Notes: generated from the sequence alone by a model not told the origin. Numbered from the whole stretch's first letter, positions 48,980 through 62,409 are shown. The stretch: 62,433 nt of DNA, filler included, from Chiloscyllium plagiosum (GCF_004010195.1; 4 parts of one record of this genome joined end to end with filler, not necessarily neighbours in it), one strand, 5' to 3'. Made by a program: numbers and translations.

Positions 48980-50229
48980 TTTACTAGGCAAGGAGACCAA
49001 AACTGAAAACAATACTGCACAATGTCCGAGATGGGGTCACACTAAGGCCCTGTACAGCTGCAGTAAATGACCCTTACCCCTGTATTCAAATCCCCCTGAA
49101 ATGAAGGTGAATACACCATTTATCTGCCTACCTGCTTTCTGCTCCTGCAATATCACTTTCGATAACTGGTGTACAGGGAGATACAGATCGTTTTCAANNN
49201 NNNNNNNNNNNNNNNNNNNNNNNNNNNNNNNNNNNNNNNNNNNNNNNNNNNNNNNNNNNNNNNNNNNNNNNNNNNNNNNNNNNNNNNNNNNNNNNNNNNN
49301 NNNNNNNNNNNNNNNNNNNNNNNNNNNNNNNNNNNNNNNNNNNNNNNNNNNNNNNNNNNNNNNNNNNNNNNNNNNNNNNNNNNNNNNNNNNNNNNNNNNN
49401 NNNNNNNNNNNNNNNNNNNNNNNNNNNNNNNNNNNNNNNNNNNNNNNNNNNNNNNNNNNNNNNNNNNNNNNNNNNNNNNNNNNNNNNNNNNNNNNNNNNN
49501 NNNNNNNNNNNNNNNNNNNNNNNNNNNNNNNNNNNNNNNNNNNNNNNNNNNNNNNNNNNNNNNNNNNNNNNNNNNNNNNNNNNNNNNNNNNNNNNNNNNN
49601 NNNNNNNNNNNNNNNNNNNNNNNNNNNNNNNNNNNNNNNNNNNNNNNNNNNNNNNNNNNNNNNNNNNNNNNNNNNNNNNNNNNNNNNNNNNNNNNNNAGG
49701 GAGTCAGAATATAAGAACATGGAAAGACATGTTGAAGCAGTTTCACAGCGTGTTGGTGGGACTGTACCTGGAGTATTGTGTACAGTTTTGGTGACCGAAT
49801 CTCAGAAAGATTATACTGACCACAGAGGAAGTGCAATAGACATTCTCCAGATTAATCCCTCAGATGGTGAGATTGCCTGATGTGGAAACTCGGCCTGTGT
49901 TCCCTAGAGTTTCAAAGAATGAGAGGTGGGTCACAGTGGAATATAGAAAATTCACAAAACATCTGACAAGGTGGAAATGAACAGAACACTTCCCTTACTG
50001 TCTATTCCACAGTCAAGGCAAATAATGGCAGGATCTGGGACAGGCCAGTTAAGACTGCAATAAGGAGGAAATTCTTCACTTGGAGGGGACTGATTAACAC
50101 AGGGGCATGGAAACCTATTGGCAGGCAAGATTAGGGAGAATGTCCTAATATTCTCCAAGTGTCTCCAGCGGAATTGAATAACCAGGGAACAGGTAGGACT
50201 CATTATTGACTTGCCAAGTTGCAATCAAA

Positions 50230-51420
50230 TCAACTTTAGTGGGAAGAGACAGCGGTTGGTGGGAGAAGGCTGTTTTTGTGATTGGAGGCTAGTGTCCAAT
50301 GGTGCACCACAGGGATCAGTGCTGTGTCTCTTATTATTTCTGATTCGGAGGTGTTGGTGTTGGACTGGGGTGGACAAAGCGAAAAGTTGCATAACATAGT
50401 CCAAAAGGTTTATTCGGTGGCATTAGCTTTCGAAGCGCTTAATCAAAGTGCACAACCACCTGGTGAAGAAACTGCGCTTCGAAACCTCGTGCCTTCGAAT
50501 AAACCTGTTGGACTACAAGCTGATGTTTTGTGATTTTAAAGCTTATCATAAATGATGCAGCTGGTAATATGGACGAGGGGTGGGGGATGTCATAAGTAAG
50601 TTTGTGATTGATACGAAGATTGGCCGGGTGGTTGACAGTGAAGCAGAAGGCCTTATGTTTCAGGAAGATACGGATGCAATGGTCAGATGGGTGGATCAAT
50701 GGCAGATGGGATGTAACCCTAATAAATATGAGGTGATGTACTTTGTAAGACGGAACCAGACAGAGGAGGACTCAATGAATGACAGCACACTAGGAAGCTC
50801 AGAGGGTGCTTCTCCACACATCTCTGAATGTGACTGGACAGGTTATTGCACACTTTGGGAAAGCATAGGGGGAGCGTAAACACAGCCTTTATACATCGAA
50901 GCATGGATTGTAAGAGCTATGCGGAACTTTGTTTAGGCCAAGATGGAATACTGTGTGTAGTTATGGAAGCCACATTACAGGAAGGATGCGATTGTACTGG
51001 AGGGGGTGCAGAGGAGTTTCACCGGGATGCTCCCTGGAATGGAGTGTATCAGCTATGGAGAGAGACTGGATAAGCTCGGGTTCTTTACTTTGGAGCAGAA
51101 AAGACTGAGGGGTCCGTGAATCAGAAGGATAAGATTACAAGGGACATGTACAGGGTGGATAGACAGCAGTTGTTCGTTTTAGTCAAAGGGCCACACTTTT
51201 AAAGTGAAGGGTTTGAGGTTTAGTGAGGATTTGAGGACTGTTTTTCATCCAGAGTGTATTGGGATCTGGAATGCACTTCTTGAGAGGGGAGTTGTCATGG
51301 TAACCTCAACACCTTTAGAAAATACATGATTGTGCAGTTGAAATGCCATAAGATTCACAGCTACGGGTCTTGTGTCGGAAAGTGGGCCTAATGTAGATCG
51401 TGCTGTATTTTTGATGGAAC
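50230..51420 (+). mobile_element. CR1 RT-to-3' fragment with a short Penelope-type insertion (about 50350-50535)
   Basis: DWRLVSNGAPQGSVL; ISKFVIDTKIGRVVDSE; the insert carries a decayed cacctggtgaag...cgaaacctcgtg motif. Confidence 0.8.
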
Positions 51421-52785
51421 AGAGATTGTGCTTCTGTTATTGTATGGATGTGGGAGATCAATCATTGAGTAGTTTAAGATACGAATTGATGGGTTTCTGA
51501 AGAATATCTTATCAAAGTATATAAGAGTGAATTTGTAATATCTTCTGAAAATATGTCAATGGCAAAATTAAGAGAAAATGTTGCAGCTTTCTTACAGTCT
51601 GATATCAGATAATTGAGGACAGTGAAATAGCAGAACGACGGAATAAATACTTCAGTTATGCGTTCACAGAAGTAAAAAAAAAANNNNNNNNNNNNNNNNN
51701 NNNNNNNNNNNNNNNNNNNNNNNNNNNNNNNNNNNNNNNNNNNNNNNNNNNNNNNNNNNNNNNNNNNNNNNNNNNNNNNNNNNNNNNNNNNNNNNNNNNN
51801 NNNNNNNNNNNNNNNNNNNNNNNNNNNNNNNNNNNNNNNNNNNNNNNNNNNNNNNNNNNNNNNNNNNNNNNNNNNNNNNNNNNNNNNNNNNNNNNNNNNN
51901 NNNNNNNNNNNNNNNNNNNNNNNNNNNNNNNNNNNNNNNNNNNNNNNNNNNNNNNNNNNNNNNNNNNNNNNNNNNNNNNNNNNNNNNNNNNNNNNNNNNN
52001 NNNNNNNNNNNNNNNNNNNNNNNNNNNNNNNNNNNNNNNNNNNNNNNNNNNNNNNNNNNNNNNNNNNNNNNNNNNCACATTACAGGAAGGATGCGATTGT
52101 ACTGGAGGGGATGCAGAGGCGATTCACCAGGATGTTCCCTAGGATGGAGTATATCAGTATGGAGAGAGACTGGATAAGCTCAGGTTGTTTACTTTGGAGC
52201 AGAGAAGACTGAGGGGTCCATGAATCAGAAGGATAAGATTACAAGGGACATGTACAGGGGAGATAGACAGCAGTTGTTCGTTTTAGTCAAAGGGCCACAC
52301 TTTTAAGTGAAGGGTTTGAGGATGAGAGAGGATTTGAGGACTGTTTTTCATCCAGAGTGTATTGGGGTCTGGAATGCATTTCTTGAGACGGGAGTTGTCA
52401 TGGTAACCTCAACACCTTTAGAAAATACATGGTTGTGCAGTTGAAATGCCATAAGATTCACAGCTACGGGTCTTGTATCGGAAAGTGGGCCTAATGTAGA
52501 TCGTGCTGTATTTTTGATGGAACAGAGATTGTGTTTCTGTTATTGTATGGATGTGGGAGATCAATCATTGAGTAGCTTAAGATAGGAATTGATGGGTTTC
52601 TGAAGAATATCTTATCAAAGTATATAAGAGTGAACTTGTAATATCTTCTGAAAATATGTCAATGGCAAAATTAAGAGAAAATGTTGCAGAATTCTTACAG
52701 TCTGATACCAGATAATTGAGGACAGGGAAATAGCAGAACGACGGAATAAATACTTCAGTTATGCCTTCACAGAAGTAAAAAAAAA
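50971..52785. repeat. ~715-bp direct repeat on both sides of an N gap (50971-51683 and 52076-~52785)
   Basis: cacattacaggaaggatgcgattg...cagaagtaaaaaaaa appears twice with scattered substitutions. Confidence 0.9.
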
Positions 52786-53604
52786 AACAAAGAAAACATC
52801 CTAGAAATACTAGAGAACTTTAGTCTGGTGAGAAAAAGGGAATAGCAACTAAAGTACCAACTAAACAGTTTTAGAGAAAAAATATTGGACTGATATTAAT
52901 GGGCATAAACAAAGTCAACAGCGATTTATGAAATGGGAATCATTTTTGAGAAAGTGGCTTTTAGGAAAATTATGGAGAAGGTATCAATGCAATTCTCGTG
53001 GAATCTCAGAAAGATTTTTGATAAAGCCCCAAGCCTTTTGTGCAAATTCGAATCCTGTGGGACTGGGGCTAATATATAGTCATGGTTTTAAAATGGGAGA
53101 GCTGGCAGGAATCAGTAATTAAGAATAAAACCATGATTTTTGAATGGAAGGCTTAGAGGATATAACAAGGATCGAGATTTGACATCCAGCTATTCCCAAT
53201 ACACATCATATCTTTGGTTGTACGGCTCAAATGCAATATTCCCAAGTCTGCTGACAGTATTAAACGATGTCAGCTTGTGAGTGGATGAGGAGGATGTAAA
53301 AAAGACACCAAGGTGATTTAGACAAGTGGAGAGACCGGGCAAATACGTGGTAGATGGAGAGCAATGGGAGAGATGAGACGTTATGCACTTTGGTGGAAAC
53401 AATAGAATAGCAGTCTATCATTTGCAAAGGGAGTGGTTGAAAACTGCTGCTCTATAAAGGAACTTAAGCTGCATTTTTGTTCTATTTCTGCACAGCCCTC
53501 CAATCCATGTAAGGCAGTGAGTTCTGAAGCCAGAAGTCAATACTGGGAATGGCACTGGCACGCTGACCAGTGTATATAGACCTCGCAAGTGGGGAGCTGT
53601 AACA

Positions 53605-56600
53605 TTGAAAACGATCTGTATCTCCCTGTGCACCAGTCAGTGAAAGTAATATTGCAGGAGCAGAAAGCAGGTAGGCAGATAAATGGTGTATTCACCCTCA
53701 TTTCAGGGGGATTTGAATACAGGAGTAAGGGTCATTTACTGCAGCTGTACAAGGCCTTAGTGGGACCCCATCTCGAACATTATGCAGTATTGTTTGCAGT
53801 TTTGGTCTCCTTGCCTAGTAAAGGACAAACCTGACATTGAGGCAGAGCAGTGGAGGATGATCAGACTGATCTCTGGGATGACAGGCTTGTTGTGGGACCA
53901 GAGGTTTGGGGTGACTGGGCCTGTATTTCATAGGTATTAGGAAAATGAGTGGACACATCATTTTAATATATCAAACTCTGACAGTGTGAGACAGATTGGA
54001 AGCAGTGATGATAGTTCACTTTATAGAAAACAGTCAAATCGTATTTAATAAACAAGCATTATCAAAGAACCGTGTGTATATTGAATAGAGGAGCAAACTT
54101 GATGGGCCTAAAGCATTACATCTGTTCTCGGTTTATATTTCACAATGTTTAAAGGTATTATGCGATATGAACATTGTATGGGGAAAACTGCATTGAGGAG
54201 ATGTTCGGCCATGAACTAGCAGGGAAAGCTCAATGTATTGAATGACTTTCTCCTTTCCCGATGTTTCTGTGCAGTCGTTGGGAAAGCTCTGTAAATGTTG
54301 TCACAAGCTCTCAGATGTTTGGAAGGAGGCCTCTGCAGGGTCGACAGGACTATGTTTCCCGTTCCCTTTTTTGATAACGAGGCTGGTGCCAGGTGTTCTG
54401 TCCGGTTTTATCCTTTAAGACCTCAGAGCAGTTTGATACAATTGAGTGTCTTACTTGGCCGATTCAGAGACCATTGAAAAGGTTTATCACATGTCTGTGT
54501 GTCTGGAGTCACTTTTAGGCCAGACCAAGAAAGCACGGGAGATTCACTTCCTGAAAGTACATTGGGGAAGGAGATCGATGTTTACAATTAACTTTGGACA
54601 CAAGATCACTATTACTGACACCAGATTTTAGGTCTCGATATTTTATTAATTATTCTTAAATTCCACCAGCTGCCAGAGCATTATCCTCGTCAGGGTTAGT
54701 AATACAATGATATTTCCATAACAACATCATCTCCACATGGGGAACTATCGGAAACCACACTGACCTGATTATTTCGGTGCTACTTGACAGTTCTGCCAAA
54801 AAGAATTCCCACCAATTTGACTGTGGTGATGGGACTTCGAGGAGTTAATTGGTCAGATTGTAATTATTCTCCTCTTCGGGGACTGGACATAGCTGAGTAA
54901 TTTTCCACATTGGCAGGGAGATGTCAGAGTTGGAGCTGGAATTAAACAGCTTCCCCAGGGACACGGCTTATTGTGCAGCACAAGTCTTCAGTCCCATTGC
55001 AGGAATGGGGTCAGGGCCCATTGCCTCTGTCGTATCTACTGTGTCCAGCTGTTTCTTCATGTCACGTACAGCAAATCGAATTGCTTGAAGACTGGCACCT
55101 GTGAGTCTGTGGGCATCATGATGAGTGTGAGTTGGATCATCCACGCAACGCCTCTGGCTGAGGGTATTGCAGACACCACATCCTTGACTTTTTTTCACTG
55201 ATTTACAGAGTTGTTCCGATAATTAAGATGAGGATATTTGCGGAGTCCTTTCCTCCAATAAATTGTTTAATAGTCCACCGACATTTATGCTTGGATTTAG
55301 CAGGACTATAAAGCTTAGATCCGATTTGTTAGTCTTGGAATCATTTCCCCCTCTGCATCAGAAGTTAATTCTGCTGTTTGGAATGAAACCAGTCAAGTGT
55401 GGTCGCTTTAACGGGTTGTCAACCAGGTTTAGGTGCACATGATTCCGATCTTGCATCAGCCCTGTATTCAGTGACCTAACCTGGTTTCTGATTCGGTAAC
55501 ACTTCCACTTCCATATTCTCATTCTGCTGAGGGCTTCTCCCTGGTGTCACGCCTCCAATATGTTACTTTAACTCAATCCATTTAAGGTAATAATCTAAAT
55601 CGTTTCTTTTCCACAATGTCAACTTCTGTATTTGAAGTAAATGTGTTTCCCTCTGTTTTTCTCCCTGACCATGATTTAAAGCTCTGTAGTGTCAGTGATG
55701 TCAGTCTTGTGCAGTTTCACAGTCAAGGAACTTGTCCATCATGCGTTATTGTTCAGTCCCCAGTGTACGGTGCTCCATGTCGGACAGGATGTTTGAGCAT
55801 CTTTGACATCCTTCTTTGGAAATTATCCAAAAACAGAAATTGCTGAATAAATTACTGAAAATGTTGCAGCATCTTCTGGAGTGAATGCAGAGTTAAACTT
55901 TCAGATCCAGTGACCCTCTGCAAAGTTTCCAGTTCCTACAGAAATACTTATATTTTTATTTCCAGTATCCAGAGTTATTTGTTTTAGTGAAAATTTGTTC
56001 TGTGCCTATTCATTTCTGGAGAAACTCAGCAGGTCTGTCAGCATCTGCAGAGAGAGAGAAAAAGCGTTAGCACTTCAAGCCCAGTGTGACACTTCTTCAG
56101 AACAGAAAAGGATTGGAAACTGGGATTTTTAATCCCTTGTCAGAGGTGGGGGATGAGTGACAGGGAAAAGAGGGTGTGGCAAAGATAAACGGGCTTTTAG
56201 CACTGGTGAACGAGTGGATGATATAAAATGTGTATAAATTAAGGTGTGAATGGGGGAAAGGGATTCTCTCTATTGTGTGCAAGATAAAGAAGACACAGCC
56301 ACACAAGGTCATAAGGAGGCCAGGAGGGAAAATGTTGACTATGTGGCATTATATAGATCTGGCCATAGATACGATTTCACTGTCGAGATCATCGCCCCCT
56401 TTAGACAAAGGAATCCAGGTGCTTGACTTCTTATTGGCACGAGTAAACGTTTCATGCTGCCTGAGTATTGTAATATGGAGAAACACAAATCACCATACGA
56501 AGTTTGGGCTGAGTATTGTTTACCTGTCATGTTTAATATTGTTTCAAATTTGCAGTGCTTATCTTTAAGTGTTTGTTCTTGAAATTAGTATCAGATGGAG

Positions 56601-56678
56601 TGTAGGAGGTTGGCTGGTGACATTGTAAAAGTTTCTAAAATCATGAGAGATATGGATAGGGTGAATAGCCAAGATCTT
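53605..56678 (-). repeat. Right arm of the second inverted duplication
   Basis: See the left arm; mirrored ORFs 46540-46785 and 56097-56312. Confidence 0.95.
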
Positions 56679-56914
56679 NNNNNNNNNNNNNNNNNNNNNN
56701 NNNNNNNNNNNNNNNNNNNNNNTTAATTAATTAANNNNNNNNNNNNNNNNNNNNNNNNNNNNNNNNNNNNNNNNNNNNTGACGTGGGCTCTCGGGAGGCT
56801 AATGGTAGATTCAGGCGAGATGTTTGGCGAGGCATATCTCATCATTTAAATTATCTCACCACATCTTACCCGGTCCTCTCAAGTGTCATTGTGAGATTTT
56901 CTCCAGATCTCCCG

Positions 56915-57030
56915 TTATCCTGGTGAAGTAGAGAAGGGTAATGATCTTTCAACAATGCTGTGTTTCCCCCAGACAGCTGAGCCTGCTCTAACCTGAGTGG
57001 GAACCTTACAGCAGGCTGCAAGAGTGTTGT
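56915..57030 (-). mobile_element. Harbinger Myb-like exon-1 fragment
   Basis: KVPTQVRAGSAVW..TQHC*KIITLL..TR then ataa, paralleling the end of the 34462 exon. Confidence 0.4.
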
Positions 57031-57167
57031 TGCTGCTGGACTGGACCTTGGTGAGATCACACCTGGAGTACTGTGCACAGGTTTAATCTCCTCCTTGTGG
57101 AAAAGATATTGGAATTACATCAGAGATTATTCCCTTAACTGGTTTCTGCAATGAAGGTGTTAATCAT

Positions 57168-57432
57168 AAAATCTCTACAGTGTGAAACTAAGCCATTTGA
57201 CGCATCGACTCCACACACATCCTCCGAAGACTATCCCATCCAATTCCACCACTCACCCTACCCAATCTTCTAACTTGGCATTTTCCATGGCCTCCACATC
57301 CCCGAACATTATGGGTAATTTAGCGTGGCCAATTCACTTAGCACGCACACCTTGGGACTGAGGGAGGAAGCTGGAGACTGAAATTGAATCTGAATCTCTG
57401 GTGCTGTGAGGCAGCAATGCTAAACACGATTC
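57168..57432 (-). mobile_element. HE1-like SINE
   Basis: aatttagcgtggccaattcac...ctggtgctgtgaggcagcaatgctaa. Confidence 0.8.
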
Positions 57433-57729
57433 TACCTCGTGTGGGCAACACAACCTGCCTGCACAGTTTAGTCCTTGAAAAGTGACATTTGAGCAGGGAG
57501 ATTTCATAACTCCCCAAACCTGCCACTGACCAACAGGAGGAGGACATTGAGGTCTTGAGCGGCCTGGTCGGAAACAGGTGCAGGACATTCAGGCCATCAG
57601 GACTAATGTCAGAACACCAGGAGGACTTTCAGCCTATCGTGTGTGTAAAGCCGGAACACAATGAGTCCATTTAGTCACTCATACCTCTTATACAGCAACT
57701 GGGGCAGATCTTTTACAGCCTTGTGCTTG

Positions 57730-58140
57730 TTACAAAGGAATTGTGAAAGGGAACGTCGAGGTTATTGAAAGGGAAGGACTTCGAATAACCAGCTTCACTG
57801 GGAAATGAAAAGTAGTGAAAAAAGTGTTGAGATTGAAGACAAAGTATTGGAATACGTTATGAAGGAAGTAATAACAGGAAATATCCAAAGCCAAGCCACA
57901 ATCCAGCACAGTCAACATAGTTTGATGAAGGATAAATCATGTTTGAATGATGTGACTAACTTTCTTTAACAAAACGTAACAAGAAAGATGGATAATGGGG
58001 ATCCTATAGATGGATTATATCTGGGCTTCCAGACATGAGTGCGTAACCGCAAATGATTAATATGCAAGACAAGAACACATGGGGTTAGGAACAATTTAAT
58101 TGCTAGGGGAGAGGATTAGCTAACGAGTAAAAGATATAAT
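57730..58140 (+). mobile_element. CR1 RT fragment
   Basis: ccagcttcactgggaaa...cagtcaacatagtttgatgaaggataaatcatg (SQH..MK.KSC). Confidence 0.65.
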
Positions 58141-58149
58141 ATGGAGCCG

Positions 58150-58850
58150 CTGGCTTTGGACTGGGTTGGACAAGGTCAAAAATCAAATGAGACCGTTAGA
58201 GTACAATGGGTTTATTTGTAAACACAAGGTTTCATTGCGCTGCTCCTTCATCAGGTATAAGAGAGAGGAAGACCTTAAACAATGAAGTTATAAGGAAAAG
58301 ATCAAAGGGTTGTACAACTCATGCACATGAATTGTCCACACACCTAAGATGGCTCTTAAGTACTTAATCAATTAGAATGTAGGTGCGAGTTTGATTGATT
58401 AATATGCAAATCGCAGAATTTATTTCAAGTCACTGCCTGGAGACACCTTCAGGTACTATCGATGTAAATGAAGTGACACTTATGGTCAGACAATGTATTC
58501 TAAGCGTGAGGCCTTGTTTGGAATCTGTCTGTGTCTTGATCTGGAGTTAGACTGTTTTTATTTACAAAGTAGGAGTGTGTGCGTATGTGTGAGAGAGGGG
58601 GGCGTGTCTGTGTGAAGGAGAGAGAGAGAGAGACACTGCACATATGTGAGAGAGAGTGAGGGGGAATATGCATGGGAGTGCGCGAGGGAGAAAGAGAGGC
58701 TGTGTGCATGCGTGCGTGTGACAGAGTGGACTGCGAGTGTGGAATGTGAGAGAGGGGGAGTGTGAATGTGTATGAGGGGCAGATAGGGAGAGTGTGCGTC
58801 ATTGTATGTAACGGGGAGAGTGAGAATGTGTACTTGTCCCGGCTAAGATG
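58150..58850 (-). mobile_element. Second-family Penelope-like 3' region with a GA/GT microsatellite and a degraded hammerhead core
   Basis: Reverse complement tacCTGATGAaggagcagcgcaatGAAAccttgtg at about 58222-58256. Confidence 0.55.
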
Positions 58851-58854
58851 CAGG

Positions 58855-59120
58855 CAGATACGGCTGATCACTTTCCCCACACACTCACTCCGTGGTTTCA
58901 GAGCTTCTCCTCTCTGCATTTGTTGTTCATGTTACAGACCCAGATGCTGTAACTACAGTCCCCATGCTCCATCGAGAGTTGTGTCACCAAATCCTCAGGT
59001 CTCCCTGAATGTCTGAGGCAGCTCACAGCACAACCTCCAGCAAACCATCCCCAGCAGCTCCACTAACCTTTCAATAACAGGAGTCAGCTACAAGCCCTTC
59101 AGCTACAAGTTAGATGCCTA
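58855..59120 (-). mobile_element. Harbinger transposase 5' end plus upstream region
   Basis: Clearly homologous to 25550-25799 (ORFs ending ...APSRV.SPNPQVSLNV in both). Confidence 0.75.
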
Positions 59121-59679
59121 GTCCTTTACAATTATACTCAAGGGTCTTCCTCGTGTTACTGACCGCACAATCAACTGACAGAGACAAACAGAGGCATTCC
59201 GCGGGCAGGCGCATACCAAGTTTCAAACACGTGAGTCAGAGCTGCTAGAACACCGCTGTCCATGAAGCACCACATGGGACACATCGGGAAGTGAACAACA
59301 GCCTGACACACACCATTTCAATGTTTCTGAGCTTCACCATGCCAGCACTCGATGCACGAGGGAGTCAAAAATAAGGCCAGGGAAAGATACATAATTTAAA
59401 AAGAACAAATAATTTATTAACTGATAACTTGCTGAAAATATGGATAAGGAGATGGGGGGATTGGGATAACGGGATAAGGGAGAAAATGGTGGGTCCAATC
59501 CCAAGAAAGCAAACATTGAATGGAGACATTGCCAGGTCCGCTAGAATGGTCCATTGGCTCAAATTCTCAATCTGCTTCGAGAACCAGCCCAGACACCAGC
59601 AGACCGTGCTAGTGGATAACTCGATAAGCTGGACTATCTGCACAGCATGGGGAGCATTGCAAATCTTTGCCAGGAAATT

Positions 59680-61390
59680 CCAATCCTCTAACAACACCCT
59701 CTGCCTCCTACCTTCGAGACAGTTTTGTTTCCAAATGGCTTTCATATGAAAAAAAAAACCTTGTTAAACAGGTGACCATGCACAATGTTATTCAACGCCT
59801 TACTGATGTCCATATCGACAATGTGCACCACTCTATCTCAATTGCTCTTTTTAGTCGCTTCTTCAAAAAACTCTCAGTCAAGTCAGTGAGACACAATATT
59901 GCTTGCACAAAGTCATGTAAACTATCCTTAATCAGTCGTTACCTTTCAAAATGTGTGAAAATCCGATGACTCATAATCCCCTCCAACAACTTACCCACCA
60001 CTGACGTCAAGCTCACTGGCTTTTCCTTATCACCCTTCTTCAATCCTTTAAGTAGTGGCACCACGTTAGCCAACCTCCAGTCTTCTGACACTTTACCTGC
60101 TACTATTGATGATTGCAAGGGGCCCAGCAATCACTTCCCTAGCTTCCCACAGCGTTCTAGCGTACCTCTAATAAAAGGCAGGACATTTTCTTTCTTATGC
60201 ATGTTTTAAGACCTCCAGCAGCTCCTCTGTAATAGAGACACTTTCCTAGATGTCACTACTTATTTCCCAAATTCTCTAACTTCCATATCCTCCTGCGAAG
60301 TAAATACTGATACAAAATATTCGTTCAGTACCTCCTCCATTTCCTGTGGTTCTGCACATGGGCAGCCTTGCTGATCTTTAAGGATGTCCTATTCTCTCCA
60401 CAGTTACTCTTTTGTCCTTGACGTATTTGTAGAATTCATTTGGATTCTCCCTAACTCTGTTTGCCAAAGCTATCACATGTCCCCTTTTTATGCTCCCAAT
60501 TTCCGTCTTAACTATACTCTCGTTGCCTTCAGACTCTTCTAGTGATTCACTTTAAATCAGGAATTAAGAGGCTAATGATGACCATTTCGATTGTCGAAAA
60601 AATCCATCTGATTCACTGACGTAGAAATCCTTTGGATTCTCCTTCACTCTGTTTGCCAAAGCTATCACATGTCCCCTTTTTATGCTCCCAATTTCCGTCT
60701 TAACTATACTCTCGTTGCCGTCAGACTCTTCTAGTGATTCACTTTAAATCAGGAATTAAGAGGCTAATGATGACCATTTCGATTGTCGGAAAAATCCATC
60801 TGATTCACTGACACGCTTTAAGGAAACAAACTGCCATTCTTACCTGGTCTGGCTTACAAGTGACTCCAGACTCTCAGCAATGCGGTTGACTGCTAACTGC
60901 CCTCTGGGCAAATAGGTATGGGTAATCGATGCTTGCCTAGCCAGGGACGCCTTCATCCCGTGAATGAATTAAGAAAAACCCTCAATTCCTGCTGTGTATA
61001 CCTGACATATGCTTCCTGTTTGTCCGTGTAGAGCCTCAATTTCTCCAATCCTCCAGCATTCCTTACACGTACCATCCTTACCCTTCACCCTAACAGGGCC
61101 ATAATGTCTCTGTTCTCTTGACATCTCATTATTGAAGGCTTCCCACTTCGCAACTGACCCCCTTTTCTGAGAATATCTGTCCCAATCGAATTTGGAAAAT
61201 TCTTAGTTAATAACATCAAAATTGGTTTCAACAATTTAGAACTTTAAGTTTTAGACGTGGTTCATCCTTTTCCATCTCTATTTTAAAACTAATAGAATTC
61301 TGAAGACTTGCCATAAAGTTCTCCCCCACTGATACCTCAAGCACCCCCTCCCCACTGCCTTATGTCCCAAGGATAAGGTGACGTTTAGCT
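59680..61390 (-). mobile_element. CR1 fragment with an inserted LINE tail and a 192-bp tandem duplication (60429-60620 / 60621-60812)
   Basis: SEDWRLANVVPLLKG...PVSLTSVVGKLLEGI on -; the duplicated block can be read directly. Confidence 0.85.
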
Positions 61391-61788
61391 CTTTGTCTGT
61401 GATGGAGAGCATTGGTCAAGCTGCTGCAGCGTTGTAACTGGGATAGGTGTTGGCATTGTCTTCGATTCATTGGGTTGAATCTAACAATAATTTGCCTCAG
61501 TGACATTTTCATTGAGTGTGACATAGGAATTTTCTGCACGAAGCTGAACTAGTTTCCTGGTGCTATCTTATCTAAATCAACTAATCATTTACCCACCTCA
61601 CCCCATGGTATCCCTCTCATTCAATGCCAGCCCGATTCTCCCACCCATCATGTCAGTAGGTAATCTGCATCGTCCGTATATCCCTGGATATTCCGTGATC
61701 CCTAACACTGGTGCCATCGTTAAAAGGTCAATGGGCACATGGATGAGCTTTCTCAGGTTGGAGCTGCCCTATACAGTTTACCCCGAGC

Positions 61789-62120
61789 ATGGCAGACAAG
61801 GGGCAATTACACCACGGTTTGTCGGCAGGGACACAGAGGTCCTAGTACAGACGAGGGATGGGCTAGTACAGACGAGGACCATTCTCTTCCCAGAGGGGGG
61901 CACACCACCAGACCCACCAGGCATGGTCTGAGCTCAGAGCAGTATTTGTGGTCTGAAGGAATGTCCAGCAATACAGGACAAGCATCAATAACCTCCCCCA
62001 CTCTGTCAGGATAAGGGTCACCGTATACTCTCTGCTCCCTCACACTCACTGCATATCTGTTATAGCACCGACCCCCGATCAAGGCTCATGCTCCACACTC
62101 TCACTGCTGCATGCAGCACC
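61789..62120 (+). mobile_element. Harbinger Myb/SANT-like ORF2 exon 1 fossil plus intron start
   Basis: ITPRFVGRDTEVLV...DGLVQTRTILFPE...RNVQQYRTSINNL; about 61400-62120 is homologous to about 34070-34800. Confidence 0.75.
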
Positions 62121-62409
62121 ATCCCTCTCTCTTTCCTCTCTACTATATCTCCCTCACTAATAGCACCGGATGGATACAGCACTGTTGACTGACTCCCTCT
62201 CGACACATCAGGATAAGGGTCACCGTATACTCTCTGCTCCCTCACACTCACTGCATATCTGTTATAGCACCGACCCCCGATCAAGGCTCATGCTCCACAC
62301 TCTCACTGCTGCATGCAGCACCATCCCTCTCTCTTTCCTCTCTACTATATCTCCCTCACTAATAGCACCGGATGTATACAGCACTGTTGACTGACTCCCT
62401 CTCGACACA
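62006..62409. repeat. 202-bp near-perfect tandem duplication
   Basis: tcaggataagggtcaccg...ctcgacaca at 62006-62207 and 62208-62409. Confidence 0.93.

Larger units (their letters stand above)
46176..49197 (+). repeat. Left arm of a second inverted duplication (partner 53605-56678)
   Basis: aagatcttggctattcac... mirrored at 56678; gatcgttttcaa (49197) vs ttgaaaacgatc (53605); about 90% identity by eye. Confidence 0.95.
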
